Assembly: GCA_049314455.1 (NCBI GenBank)
Contig: JBMOFC010000004.1
Coordinates: 1,653-65,652, forward strand
Direction: 5' to 3'
Source: Chthoniobacterales bacterium
Lineage (GTDB): Bacteria; Verrucomicrobiota; Verrucomicrobiia; Chthoniobacterales; UBA6821
Length of the DNA: 64,000 nt
Made by a program: the position numbers and the translations under genes. Under the pieces are notes generated by a model, which searched no databases, had not been told where the DNA came from, and saw only the letters and a list, made by a program, of their open reading frames with translations. Numbering within the stretch: position 1 is the stretch's first letter; each line of letters opens with the position of its first letter. Positions 7,886 to 17,071 of this stretch are shown here, one piece after another.

Positions 7886-10082
7886 AATTCTTCGGCGCTG
7901 CCGATCGGCCGCCACCTAAGAAATTGAAAAACTTTTGAAGTGCTCCTGGATTTTGTGGTCTATTTTTCACATGCCCCCGTGCATCAGCATCTTCACTAAT
8001 ATCAGGGGTCGCCACATTCTCCTTAGAAGAAGAGTCTGTTGTGGGAGTGTCTTCAATAGGTGAGTCACCAGGCTCAGTATCAGGGCCATAGGAAGAAGGT
8101 GTCGTGCTGCCAAAATCAATACTTGAGATATGTTTGAAATTTCCAACGGCAGGTTCTAAGAAAGTGAGTTTTATTTCTTTTCCTGCTTCCATTGCGAAGA
8201 TTTCTTCTAGGACTTTTGCTGCAAGAGGAGCCGCGACGGCTCCTCCTGACTTAGCTCCTTGCACAAGCACAATAACGACATATCTGGGATGGTCATACGG
8301 AGCAAAGCCTAAAAACCAGGTATGGTTATCTTTGTTATGACCTCGCCAAAATTGAGCTGTTCCTGTTTTTCCAGCTACAATATTTTTTTCAAGACGTGCT
8401 TTGCGAGCGGTGCCACCATCTTCATTGACTACTTTCCACATGCCGAGGCGTACTTGTTGAATTTGCTCATCGGTAAAGCCACCCTCTTTTTTAAAATTAT
8501 TTCGAATCTTTATCGGTTCTTCTTCGAGGACTGTTCCATCTTGGGCTACCACTTTCTCAACGAGTCTAGGTGCGTAACAGATTCCTCCATTGGCCACGGT
8601 AGCCCCAACGAGGGACATTTGCACAGGAGTTGTGAGAACAAATCCTTGACCAATGGCGACGTTTGCTGTGTAGCCAGCGCTCCAACGTTCTCGTGGCGCA
8701 TTTGCTGCTAACCAAGCAGGCCCTGGCAACACTCCCGAAGCCTCATTATTGAGCGGCAATCCTGTTTTTTGACCAAGGCCTAGCATGGTTCCCACAGCAT
8801 CAATTTGATCAATTCCGGCAGCATTTCCATATTGGTAAAAAAAGGCGTTGCATGATTTTTTAATAGCATCGCTTAAGTGAAGTTTTCCATGAGGAGGTAA
8901 GGGAGGTTTCGCCGTCATCACCCAACACTTCATGAATTTGTCACCATACTGTACTCCGCCCGTACAGGTGAATTCGCGATCTCCAATCCCAGCGCGAATG
9001 CCAGCAAAGGAGGTGCACAGCTTGAAAATAGAACCCGGGGCATAGGCGCTTAATGCACGATTTGTTAGTGGATCGGCCTCATCGTGAATGAGGGATTCCC
9101 AATCTTTTTTAGAAATGGTGGGAACAAATTTATTCGGATCAAACGAAGGAACCGAAGCCATCGCCAAAATATCTCCATCATTAGGATCAAGTACCACAAT
9201 GGCTCCACGGCCGACGACACGCAGTGCTTGTTCCGCGATATACTGAATGCGTGCATCAATGGTCAGATAGACATTGGCTCCTTGTTTTGGTTCGATTTGC
9301 TCCTCTTCTTTTTCAATACTACCATGGGCATTGCGCTGAAGGATGCGTTGGCCAGGGGTCCCTCTGAGTACTCTGTCATAGGCCAATTCAATTTGGGCCT
9401 TCCCAACCACGTCAGGTTCATAAAAATTAAACTGACTGGCTTCCTTAGGATCAATGTCAGAAGGGAACCCTACATAACCAAAGAGATGAGAAGCAAGCGA
9501 GCCGTAGACATAGTTTCTGACTGGTTTTAGCGTGACATTGACGCCTGGCAGGTCGAGGTTGTTTTCACAAAAACGAGCCATAGTTTCAAAATCAAGATCT
9601 TGTCGGTAAGAAAAAGGAACCTCTTTGTTGTTGCGATAGTGCAGTTGTAATTTGCGCGTATTGTAGTCACCAGCGAGTCCTAATTTTTCAAGACGAGGAA
9701 TAATGGAGGTCTGAACAATTTGAACAATATCCGCTTCTTCTTTGTCGATCGGCATTCCATGGTCCAAACCGCGGTAATGAAGCATTGGTATGGTGCCTTC
9801 TTTTTCTTTGAATGCTTTGACAATATCAGGCAGGTAAAGGTCAACTTGAAGGCTGGCACGATTTTCAACAAGAGGAATTCCATTGCGATCATAAATTTCC
9901 CCTCGCACTGCAGGAATACGGACCGTTAATTCAGAATTTTCTTTGATTTTGGCTTTGTATTTGTCACCACAAATGACCTGCACATACCAGAGCTTTAATA
10001 CTAAAATTAAAAAAGCAGCAAAGACAATCCCGCTTAAAATCAAGATCTGACGATGGGATGAGGTCTCTTCTTTTTTTAACAT
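7884..10082 (-). CDS. mrdA: Penicillin-binding protein 2 (elongasome transpeptidase) with a disordered C-terminal tail
   Basis: PBP dimerisation and transpeptidase domains with SxxK (PGSIFK), SCN (KKSCNA) and KTGT motifs. The ATG at 10082 (MLKKEETSSHRQ + TM helix) overlaps the mreD stop. The track ORF extends to 10193, but that part overlaps mreD. Confidence 0.9.
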   Translation of the reverse strand: MLKKEETSSHRQILILSGIVFAAFLILVLKLWYVQVICGDKYKAKIKENSELTVRIPAVRGEIYDRNGIPLVENRASLQVDLYLPDIVKAFKEKEGTIPMLHYRGLDHGMPIDKEEADIVQIVQTSIIPRLEKLGLAGDYNTRKLQLHYRNNKEVPFSYRQDLDFETMARFCENNLDLPGVNVTLKPVRNYVYGSLASHLFGYVGFPSDIDPKEASQFNFYEPDVVGKAQIELAYDRVLRGTPGQRILQRNAHGSIEKEEEQIEPKQGANVYLTIDARIQYIAEQALRVVGRGAIVVLDPNDGDILAMASVPSFDPNKFVPTISKKDWESLIHDEADPLTNRALSAYAPGSIFKLCTSFAGIRAGIGDREFTCTGGVQYGDKFMKCWVMTAKPPLPPHGKLHLSDAIKKSCNAFFYQYGNAAGIDQIDAVGTMLGLGQKTGLPLNNEASGVLPGPAWLAANAPRERWSAGYTANVAIGQGFVLTTPVQMSLVGATVANGGICYAPRLVEKVVAQDGTVLEEEPIKIRNNFKKEGGFTDEQIQQVRLGMWKVVNEDGGTARKARLEKNIVAGKTGTAQFWRGHNKDNHTWFLGFAPYDHPRYVVIVLVQGAKSGGAVAAPLAAKVLEEIFAMEAGKEIKLTFLEPAVGNFKHISSIDFGSTTPSSYGPDTEPGDSPIEDTPTTDSSSKENVATPDISEDADARGHVKNRPQNPGALQKFFNFLGGGRSAAPKN

Positions 10083-10630
10083 CAAAGTGGGAAAAGGTAG
10101 TTTGTGCTGGCCTGCCTTGGTGGAGAGATCAGAAATTCCAATAATCCATAGACGAGAGGCGCTAGAAGCACGGCAATTCCTGCTGGAACACAACTTAGAA
10201 GAAGGAGATCATTAGTGACGAAAAAATTTCCCCTGGAGAAGGTGAGGAGAAGAAATTCTCCTAAAATAAAAGTAGCGGTGCAAAGTCCGCTTGCCAAAGC
10301 ATGTAGCTCCCAACGAATGCCGTGTGTTAAGTCACTCAATAATTGAAGGGCAAGAGCCCAGAGCATAAAAAAGAAAATAAACCAACCTATTCGAATTTCA
10401 ACATGCCCATGTTGGATATGCATCACCATCAGTCCTTCTAACAATCCTGTCATCATTCCAAAAAAAAGAGCTCCCATAAAGGGAAGTACTATCACGGCAA
10501 AACAAAAAATAATCGGAAACAAAACAAGATGAGCCTGGCCCAAAAAAATAAGAGCTGGCAAAAGATCTTCTGCTGCCAGGGTGACCAGCAAGATCACGAG
10601 AAGAAGAAAAAAAAGAGGAAGGGGCTTCAT
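10082..10630 (-). CDS. mreD: Rod shape-determining protein MreD (polytopic membrane protein)
   Basis: About 180 aa, five hydrophobic helices, located between mreC and mrdA. The call rests on position and topology. Confidence 0.6.
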   Translation of the reverse strand: MKPLPLFFLLLVILLVTLAAEDLLPALIFLGQAHLVLFPIIFCFAVIVLPFMGALFFGMMTGLLEGLMVMHIQHGHVEIRIGWFIFFFMLWALALQLLSDLTHGIRWELHALASGLCTATFILGEFLLLTFSRGNFFVTNDLLLLSCVPAGIAVLLAPLVYGLLEFLISPPRQASTNYLFPL

Positions 10631-10782
10631 AAGGGAGGCTGGGGGGCTGGAATTTTAAAATGTTCTGTTTTAGAACAAAAAAGTTGAAATTTTTCTATTG
10701 TCAATAATCTCGAATGAACAGGAATAATGAAATTTAGAATAAGGGTAGAAGTGAATTTTCTCCAGCCTCCAGCCTATTTGAC

Positions 10783-11583
10783 TCACTCCTTCGCTCCCAC
10801 AATGACGAAAACATGCTCAAGGTTACCCAAATCAGCAGTTGGGTCCAGGATGGCCTGACCATCGAGTTCGCGGAGATGAAAGCTTTTTACCGTTCCAATT
10901 TCAATGCCCGAGGGGAAGATTCCACCGCTGACGCCTGCTGTGTAGACTTTTTGTCCTTCTTGCAAATTGGCTAATTTATTTAGAAACCCAAGTTGTAATT
11001 CGCCTGTTGGGATTCTCAAACCGCTACAGATTCCTTGATCCGAGGTCCCTTGGACTTTTGAAGCCACACTACAATTTTCGTCGGTGATGAGAATGACCGT
11101 GGTTACGAGTGGTGTGACAACGCTTGTCTTCCCCACAAGACCATTTTCTGTGATGACTGGCATATCAGAAGCAATACCATTATGAGATCCTCGATCGATT
11201 TTTACACTGGTCCACCATGTCGAGTTGTCATGGGCAATGACCGTTGCAGGTAAGAGCATAAACGAAGAGTGATCTCGGTAGTCCAAGGCCTTGCGTAATT
11301 GATGGTTCTCTTCTTCTGCTCCGTGCAAAACTTGGTTTTCTGCTTGGAGTTTTTTATTTTCTAAAATGAGCGCACGATTGCTTGTTTCTAATTGATTCAA
11401 GGTCATACGACGGCGTGTCAGCTCTTCAATATTTTTTTTGAGGATCGCGTTAACGTAGAAAATAGGAGAAAGAAAGGTGAACAACTTTTCTTGAGCAAGT
11501 TGAAGTCCTGAGGCATGTAACAATGAAAAAAAAAGGGCCGTGCCAACAAGAGCTGCAAGAATGAAAATACGAGAGCGAGGCAT
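10783..11583 (-). CDS. mreC: Rod shape-determining protein MreC
   Basis: N-terminal TM helix, a coiled coil (LILENKKLQAENQVLHGAEEENHQLRKAL) and beta-rich C-terminal domains (GLVGKTSVV..., GIFPSGIEIGTV). Lies downstream of mreB. Confidence 0.8.
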   Translation of the reverse strand: MPRSRIFILAALVGTALFFSLLHASGLQLAQEKLFTFLSPIFYVNAILKKNIEELTRRRMTLNQLETSNRALILENKKLQAENQVLHGAEEENHQLRKALDYRDHSSFMLLPATVIAHDNSTWWTSVKIDRGSHNGIASDMPVITENGLVGKTSVVTPLVTTVILITDENCSVASKVQGTSDQGICSGLRIPTGELQLGFLNKLANLQEGQKVYTAGVSGGIFPSGIEIGTVKSFHLRELDGQAILDPTADLGNLEHVFVIVGAKE

Positions 11584-11693
11584 GGTCAGGCTATAAGTAA
11601 AGATGGTATGAGGTGCTAAACGCAGATTATTAAGTGCTGTTTTTTTTACAATGACATCACGATAAATAAGAATGTTGATGGTTCATCTCGTGT

Positions 11694-11858
11694 TATAGCG
11701 TATTAAATTGAAAAGGGCACGCCATAAGCTTGCTCTTTTTCCTTAGGACTGCGTTTTCAGATCTTGCGTTATCTTCAGATAGCGCTTCGATCTTCAGCCT
11801 TATCCTAAGGAAAAATTTCTGCACTTCTAATACGCCCTTTTCAATTTAATGTACTATA
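11694..11858. mobile_element. MITE family 3 copy in the mreB-mreC spacer
   Basis: TIRs TATAGCGTATTAAATTGAAAAGGGC and GCCCTTTTCAATTTAATGTACTATA. The interior aligns with 15586-15749. Confidence 0.8.
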
Positions 11859-11932
11859 TTAGAAAACGCGTTACCTTTTACTCTTTACTCATGCAGCACA
11901 CAGTGCTGCGTGCTTCATGCTGCAGCACAGCA

Positions 11933-12988
11933 CTAAGCCCTAGCCCGATCTTGTGATGCAACAGCACGCAAGAATTCAATTTCTTGGAGTGCGCGTCCTG
12001 TCCCTTCCACAACGGCGCTGAGCGGGTCTTCGGCTACATGCACTGGGAGCCCTGTCTCTTCAGCAATGAGTTTATCTAAACCACGGAGCAAAGCACCACC
12101 ACCTGCAAGCACAACGCCATGATCGACAAGATCTGCTGAGAGTTCCGGAGGACAACGTTCCAGCGTAATACGAACAGCATCTACAATAGTGGAGACAGGC
12201 TCCATAAGGGCCTCACGGATTTCTTTGGAAGAAATATGAACTGTTTTTGGAAGGCCTGCTACCAAATCACGTCCTTTGACATCAATGACCATTTCTTTTT
12301 CTAAAGGATAAGCAGAGCCAATTTGTAATTTGATATCCTCTGCCGTACGCTCCCCAATCAGGATGTTGTAAGCACGTTTGATGTAATTGATAATCGCTTC
12401 ATCAAGCTCGTCACCAGCGACGCGGACACTACGACTAAAGACAATGCCTGCGAGTGAAATGATGGCTACTTCGGTGGTTCCTCCGCCGATATCAATAATC
12501 ATATTGGCTGCAGGATCAGTAACGGGGAGACCAACCCCAATAGCTGCGGCCATCGGTTCCTCAATCAAAAAAACTTCTCGTGCTCCCGCATGCAATGCAG
12601 AATCTTTGACAGCTCGTTTTTCTACTTCGGTAATACCACTTGGTACCGCAATAAGCACGCGAGGCCGAATAAGACGGCGTGCACCATGAGCTTTTGTAAT
12701 GAAATGACGCAGCATGGCTTCAGTGATTTCAAAATCAGCAATGACTCCATCTTTCAAGGGACGTATCGCTGTAATATTGCCTGGCGTTCTTCCAAGCATT
12801 CGCTTTGCTTCATCACCTACTGCAAGCACCTGCGTCGTGCCTGCTTTGACTGCTACAATAGAAGGTTCGCGCAACACAACGCCATGGTCCTTCAAATAAA
12901 CAAGTGTATTTGCAGTACCAAGATCAATACCGATATCCGTGGAAAAAACGCCTAGAAATTTTGTAAAGAGTTTTGAAAAAATGCTCAT
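11933..12988 (-). CDS. mreB: Rod shape-determining actin homologue MreB
   Basis: [28 protein letters not shown] and [14 protein letters not shown] are canonical MreB motifs. The antisense track ORFs inside it are spurious. Confidence 0.95.
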   Translation of the reverse strand: MSIFSKLFTKFLGVFSTDIGIDLGTANTLVYLKDHGVVLREPSIVAVKAGTTQVLAVGDEAKRMLGRTPGNITAIRPLKDGVIADFEITEAMLRHFITKAHGARRLIRPRVLIAVPSGITEVEKRAVKDSALHAGAREVFLIEEPMAAAIGVGLPVTDPAANMIIDIGGGTTEVAIISLAGIVFSRSVRVAGDELDEAIINYIKRAYNILIGERTAEDIKLQIGSAYPLEKEMVIDVKGRDLVAGLPKTVHISSKEIREALMEPVSTIVDAVRITLERCPPELSADLVDHGVVLAGGGALLRGLDKLIAEETGLPVHVAEDPLSAVVEGTGRALQEIEFLRAVASQDRARA

Positions 12989-13042
12989 GAGAAAATAAAT
13001 TTTGAAACAAAAGAGAGAGAAGAATGTAGCACTGGACCTAAT

Positions 13043-13220
13043 CCAGATATTTCATGTTAATTCTGCTGCGACTTGTGAGAGCTTGGGTGTATGCTACGAA
13101 AGTCTTGAATTACTCCTCAGGCAGTATGTGTACTCATACAGCCGTCGTTGCAATTCATCGCCTTCCTTGTCTTTATCAGGCTGCGCAGCACCTCGCGACG
13201 AATCAGTATGAAATATCTGG
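13043..13220. mobile_element. MITE family 1 copy
   Basis: Ends CCAGATATTTCAT ... ATGAAATATCTGG. The interior aligns with 19650-19829 and 38188-38367 and forms a long imperfect palindrome. Confidence 0.8.
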
Positions 13221-13289
13221 GTTAAAAAACCCAAGAATGCCTATAAAACCACTTGGAAGCAAGCCTTCCTTGACTTAAGTTACTTTCTC

Positions 13290-14852
13290 ATGCCTTCTGA
13301 AAATTCATATCCTTATGTGACTGATCATGGGAAAATCACGGCCCATGGGACTATTCGTCTTTCGTGGGTCTGGCTGTTCCCATTATTGGCACTGCTCACG
13401 ACTGCTTGGTTTTTTTGGAACAACTGGCACTCAGAGGGTCCTACTATTGAAGTCGAATTTCATGAAGCTCCAGGAATTCAAGCCAACAAGACGCTTCTTT
13501 TTTATCGTGGCGTCGCTGCAGGAGAGGTCATCGATGTCAGACTAGATGAGCATTTGAGTAAGGCCATTGTCACCATAAGATTGAAAGCATTTGCATCGCC
13601 CCTTTCTCAAGCAGGAACACTTTATTGGATTGATCAACCAGTTATCAGTCTAGCAAAAACATCAGGACTCAGTTCCATTATTCAAGGAAACTCTCTGCAA
13701 GCACGCCTTGGTGAAGGGCCCAGAACCACTCATTTTGTTGGCATGGAAAAAACGCCGCTCCATCCTTTAGAGCCTCCTGGACTCATTCTCAAGCTCACGG
13801 CCCAAGAAATTCCTTATTTGGAAGAAGGCTCTCCAATAACATACCGAGGCGTGAGTATTGGTGGTGTCATGCGCAAAGAACTGATGGCAGATGGAAATTC
13901 TGTTGTCATTGCTGCTATTCAAAAACAGTATGTCCGACTCATTCACAGCAATAGTCACTTTTGGATGATACCTGCTGCTTCGCTGAAGATAGGACCTAAC
14001 GGAGTGCAGGCAGAAATACAAAATTTGAAAAGCATGTTTTTAGGGACTGTTGCCGTTGATACTTTTGAGACGCCGGCAGAAGAAGCAAAAAGTGGAGAAT
14101 CCTTTCATCTGGCCGCTAATGAGCAGGAAGCACGCGTTGGGAATGAAGAAGTGAGATTTCAACTTCATGCTTCAGAAATTCCAACACTTTATGTTGGCGC
14201 ACCCATTCTCTATCGCGGTGTCATTGTTGGAAAAATAGAGAAAAAAGAGGTGGATGAACAAGGTGTGCCATGTCTCACCATTCTCATTCAAAAAGAATTT
14301 GCAAACACGGTGCATGAGAAGACTGTTTTTTGGCGCCTCCCTGGAACCAAAATTCAAGCAGGTCCTGGAATCGTCACGGCGGAAATTACCAGTCTGCAAG
14401 CGCTTCTTCAAGGAGGGATCGCTTATGATTCCTTTAGCTTGAATAAAGATTCCGTTGCCGTCGCAGGAAAATCTTTTCAACTTTTTTCAAGTGAACAAGT
14501 CGCTCGACTCACTCCAGAGCCCCTTAGAATGTCCTTTGATGAGGGACAAGGGCTTCTTGCTGGGCAAACACAAGTGCGCTACCTTGGTCTTCCTATTGGT
14601 CTGGTCGAGGAGGTGCACATTGCCCATCATCGTGTGGAGGTGACCGCCTATTTGGCTCCAGGATACGACTTCTTACGTGCACCTCAGACCAATTACTCTA
14701 TTGTACGCCCTAAATTAGGATTCGATGGACTTTCTGGCATCGAAACATTGGTGAGTGGCGTTTACATTGAATGTAGTCGTCCTAAAAAACCTTCAAAACC
14801 CTTTGCGCACGTTGTGGAGCGCCTTTGGAGCAAGGTTGTGCCAAGGAAATAA
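13290..14852 (+). CDS. PqiB/MCE (MlaD-domain) family protein with several tandem MCE-like domains
   Basis: N-terminal TM helix (WVWLFPLLALLTTAWFFW) followed by repeated MCE-type modules (e.g. LFYRGVAAGEVIDVRL, ITYRGVSIGGVM, ILYRGVIVGKIE, VRYLGLPIGLVEEV). No pqiA is adjacent. Confidence 0.7.
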   Translation: MPSENSYPYVTDHGKITAHGTIRLSWVWLFPLLALLTTAWFFWNNWHSEGPTIEVEFHEAPGIQANKTLLFYRGVAAGEVIDVRLDEHLSKAIVTIRLKAFASPLSQAGTLYWIDQPVISLAKTSGLSSIIQGNSLQARLGEGPRTTHFVGMEKTPLHPLEPPGLILKLTAQEIPYLEEGSPITYRGVSIGGVMRKELMADGNSVVIAAIQKQYVRLIHSNSHFWMIPAASLKIGPNGVQAEIQNLKSMFLGTVAVDTFETPAEEAKSGESFHLAANEQEARVGNEEVRFQLHASEIPTLYVGAPILYRGVIVGKIEKKEVDEQGVPCLTILIQKEFANTVHEKTVFWRLPGTKIQAGPGIVTAEITSLQALLQGGIAYDSFSLNKDSVAVAGKSFQLFSSEQVARLTPEPLRMSFDEGQGLLAGQTQVRYLGLPIGLVEEVHIAHHRVEVTAYLAPGYDFLRAPQTNYSIVRPKLGFDGLSGIETLVSGVYIECSRPKKPSKPFAHVVERLWSKVVPRK

Positions 14853-14853
14853 A

Positions 14854-14952
14854 AATAGGGGTCAGGCTAAGAATTTTGACAAAAGATGCTATTTTGAACC
14901 TTCAGTTTCTTGTCGATGTACTTTTGTCAAAATTCTTAGCCTGACCCCTATT
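14854..14952. repeat. Perfect 32-bp inverted repeat separated by a ~35-nt loop
   Basis: aataggggtcaggctaagaattttgacaaaag (14854-14885) pairs with cttttgtcaaaattcttagcctgacccctatt (14921-14952), followed by tctgacccctattttt. It lies between the PqiB-like gene and tadA. Confidence 0.85.
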
Positions 14953-14972
14953 TCTGACCCCTATTTTTAGTT

Positions 14973-15494
14973 ATGAATTCTTTCCAACTGGCCTCTATCG
15001 ACCTCACAAGCGATGACTATTTTATGCAGCAGGCCTTGCGTCAGGCTCTGCAGGCTTATGAAAAAGAGGAGGTTCCTGTGGGAGCAGTGATTGTTCATGA
15101 CGGACACATCATTGCTCGGGCCTATAATCAGGTAGAGACATTACGCGATGCAACAGCCCATGCAGAGATCTTGGCTATCACTCAGGCAGAGCAGGCTCTC
15201 GGAGACTGGCGCTTGAATGAATGTGACCTCTATGTAACCAAAGAACCGTGCCCCATGTGCGCGGGAGCCTGCGTCAATGCCCGTTTGCGGCGCGTGGTTT
15301 TTGGATGTGGCGATCCTCGTGGGGGCGGAGCTGGAGGACTACTCAATATTCTTCAAATGCCAACACTCAATCATCGGTGCGAGATTCTAGCTGGGGTCAA
15401 AGAACAAGAATGTGGAGCGGTACTCAAAAACTTTTTTCAGAAAAAGCGACTGCAGCCAAAACGTTGGGAAGACGGCCCGTTGCTGAATGGGTAA
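14973..15494 (+). CDS. tadA: tRNA-specific adenosine deaminase
   Basis: HAEILAI and PCPMCAGA zinc-binding CDA motifs. About 170 aa. Confidence 0.9.
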   Translation: MNSFQLASIDLTSDDYFMQQALRQALQAYEKEEVPVGAVIVHDGHIIARAYNQVETLRDATAHAEILAITQAEQALGDWRLNECDLYVTKEPCPMCAGACVNARLRRVVFGCGDPRGGGAGGLLNILQMPTLNHRCEILAGVKEQECGAVLKNFFQKKRLQPKRWEDGPLLNG

Positions 15495-15585
15495 GGCTGG
15501 AGGCTCGCCCGGATATTTCACTCTCTTTTGTGGCTATTGTTCATTTTTTTTCAGTTTTGTGAACGTATTCGTTCACAGAAATAGA

Positions 15586-15749
15586 TATAGTTTATTAAAT
15601 CGATAAGAGCACGTTATTAGCTGGCTCTTTTTCCTTATGACTGTGTTCTCAGATCTTACGTTATCTTTGGATAGCGCCTCAATCTTCGGCCTTGCTATCA
15701 AACAAAATATCTTCGTTCTAAAAGCACCCTTTTCAATTTAATCGACTAT
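15586..15749. mobile_element. MITE family 3 copy (left TIR degraded)
   Basis: The right end gcacccttttcaatttaatcgactata and the interior (ctctttttccttatgactg...cagatcttacgttatct...) align with 11694-11858. Confidence 0.7.
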
Positions 15750-15774
15750 ACTTGCAGCCTATAGTTTGTAGCTT

Positions 15775-15794
15775 TACCCGTTCCTGTGAACGGG
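15775..15794. repeat. CCCGTTC/GAACGGG hairpin
   Basis: acccgttc ctgt gaacgggt is a perfect 8-bp stem. Related hairpins occur at 7141-7160, 7368-7389 and 35268-35287, and tgtgaacg tatt cgttcaca at 15558-15577. Confidence 0.7.
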
Positions 15795-15877
15795 TCCTGT
15801 GAACAAATATAAAAAAAATCTCGCTATGAAGTGGAACCTCATGACGAGATAAGATTGTTTTAGAATAAAAAGGTAAA

Positions 15878-16468
15878 TTACGGCGTTACAATGATAGGGA
15901 TTTCCACTGTCATCTTTTGGCTAGACCATGCGCCGTGATAAGTGAATACATCCGCTGTAAATCTAATTGATGCGGTTCCAACTGATTTCGGAATAAAACT
16001 GCAAGTACAGCATTCTATACCAGGCCCGGCTACAGGAGTAGTATCATAATAAGTGATATGCATTCCAAATTCCAACACATCATTTTCTCCTTGAGTGAGC
16101 TTCACTGCATCCAAGGCATAATAATATGGAACCTTTTTTCCTTTTCCTTTAAAGTCATAGTCACTACCAGAATACCCTGCAGGATAAAAGACGCCGATAT
16201 CATAGTCTTTATTCTCACTATGAGACCGTTTACCCGTAAGGCTAAGTGTTATTGGAGTGGTGACTAGAAAATTATACTTTCCAGATTTAATCCAGGCATC
16301 CGAAATAGGCTGAATTACATAGCAATATCTATAGCAAAATTTATTATCAATTTCATGTAAATCATAACTAAATCCGGGCCCAACTCGACCATAACTCCAT
16401 CCAGACTCGGTATAACGGGTCGTAGTTTCAGAATCAGCCTTTGCCTGAGCAACAACAAACATGCTCAA
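15878..16468 (-). CDS. Hypothetical exported protein (Tyr/Gly-rich beta-type)
   Basis: An ORF of 196 aa. The leader reads ...LGFFLLSMFVVAQAKA, but no ATG exists upstream before a TAA, so only a TTG start at 16468 is available. I recognise no family. Confidence 0.4.
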   Translation of the reverse strand: MSMFVVAQAKADSETTTRYTESGWSYGRVGPGFSYDLHEIDNKFCYRYCYVIQPISDAWIKSGKYNFLVTTPITLSLTGKRSHSENKDYDIGVFYPAGYSGSDYDFKGKGKKVPYYYALDAVKLTQGENDVLEFGMHITYYDTTPVAGPGIECCTCSFIPKSVGTASIRFTADVFTYHGAWSSQKMTVEIPIIVTP

Positions 16469-16647
16469 TAGGAAAAATCCTAATACATAGAATAGAACGT
16501 CTTAGATATTTTACTGTTTACTTCACTGCGGTTGCTTTTCATAATATTGACTGGATGATGTTGTTAGTAATGTTAATTAGTATGATTTTTGGGAACAGAT
16601 CTATGCAGCATTAACACGCTAGCGTCAAGGCTGAGCACAATTAAACT

Positions 16648-17001
16648 TTAGACCAGAATCACATTCCCTTTTCCTAAAAGAATCACCGAGGGCTTGTGGT
16701 GAGGAACCTCTTTCGCCACATCAAGCCAAGCGTAAGACATGATGGTGAGAAGATCCCCAATCTTCCCAAGCAAAGCCGTAGCACCATTGAGTTCGATCAC
16801 GCCGGATCCAGCTTTCCCGTAAATCACGTAGGTTTCAAAACGTTCCCCATTAGCCATATTGCCAACCAGAATTTTTTCATAAGGGAGAAAGCCGACACGT
16901 TCTGCAAGATCGGCAGCGATCGTGAGGCTCCCTTCATAGTCCAGGGAAGCGCCAGTTACGGTGGCACGATGAATTTTAGATTTAAGAAGGCAGATAGTCA
17001 T
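16648..17001 (-). CDS. panD: Aspartate 1-decarboxylase
   Basis: MTICLLKSKIHRATVTGASLDYEGSLTIAADL contains the self-processing G-S site (YEGS). About 117 aa from the ATG at 17001. The longer track ORF is an upstream extension. Confidence 0.9.
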   Translation of the reverse strand: MTICLLKSKIHRATVTGASLDYEGSLTIAADLAERVGFLPYEKILVGNMANGERFETYVIYGKAGSGVIELNGATALLGKIGDLLTIMSYAWLDVAKEVPHHKPSVILLGKGNVILV

Positions 17002-17071
17002 GGGATATTTTTTAGAAAGAAAAGCAGAAGAAGATAGACGCAGATCTTCCTCTTGGCTAATTTTTTTTCCC

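Noticed and set aside
12387..12955. Antisense or alternative-frame ORFs inside well-supported genes (e.g. 12387-12689, 12590-12955 and 12714-12899 in mreB; 5668-6036 in rng; 41799-42305 in mnmE; 23036-23506 in batB; 40119-40457 in hldE)
   Set aside because: They are fully contained in strongly supported genes on the other strand or frame. Their low-complexity, Arg/Ser-rich products are typical of shadow ORFs.
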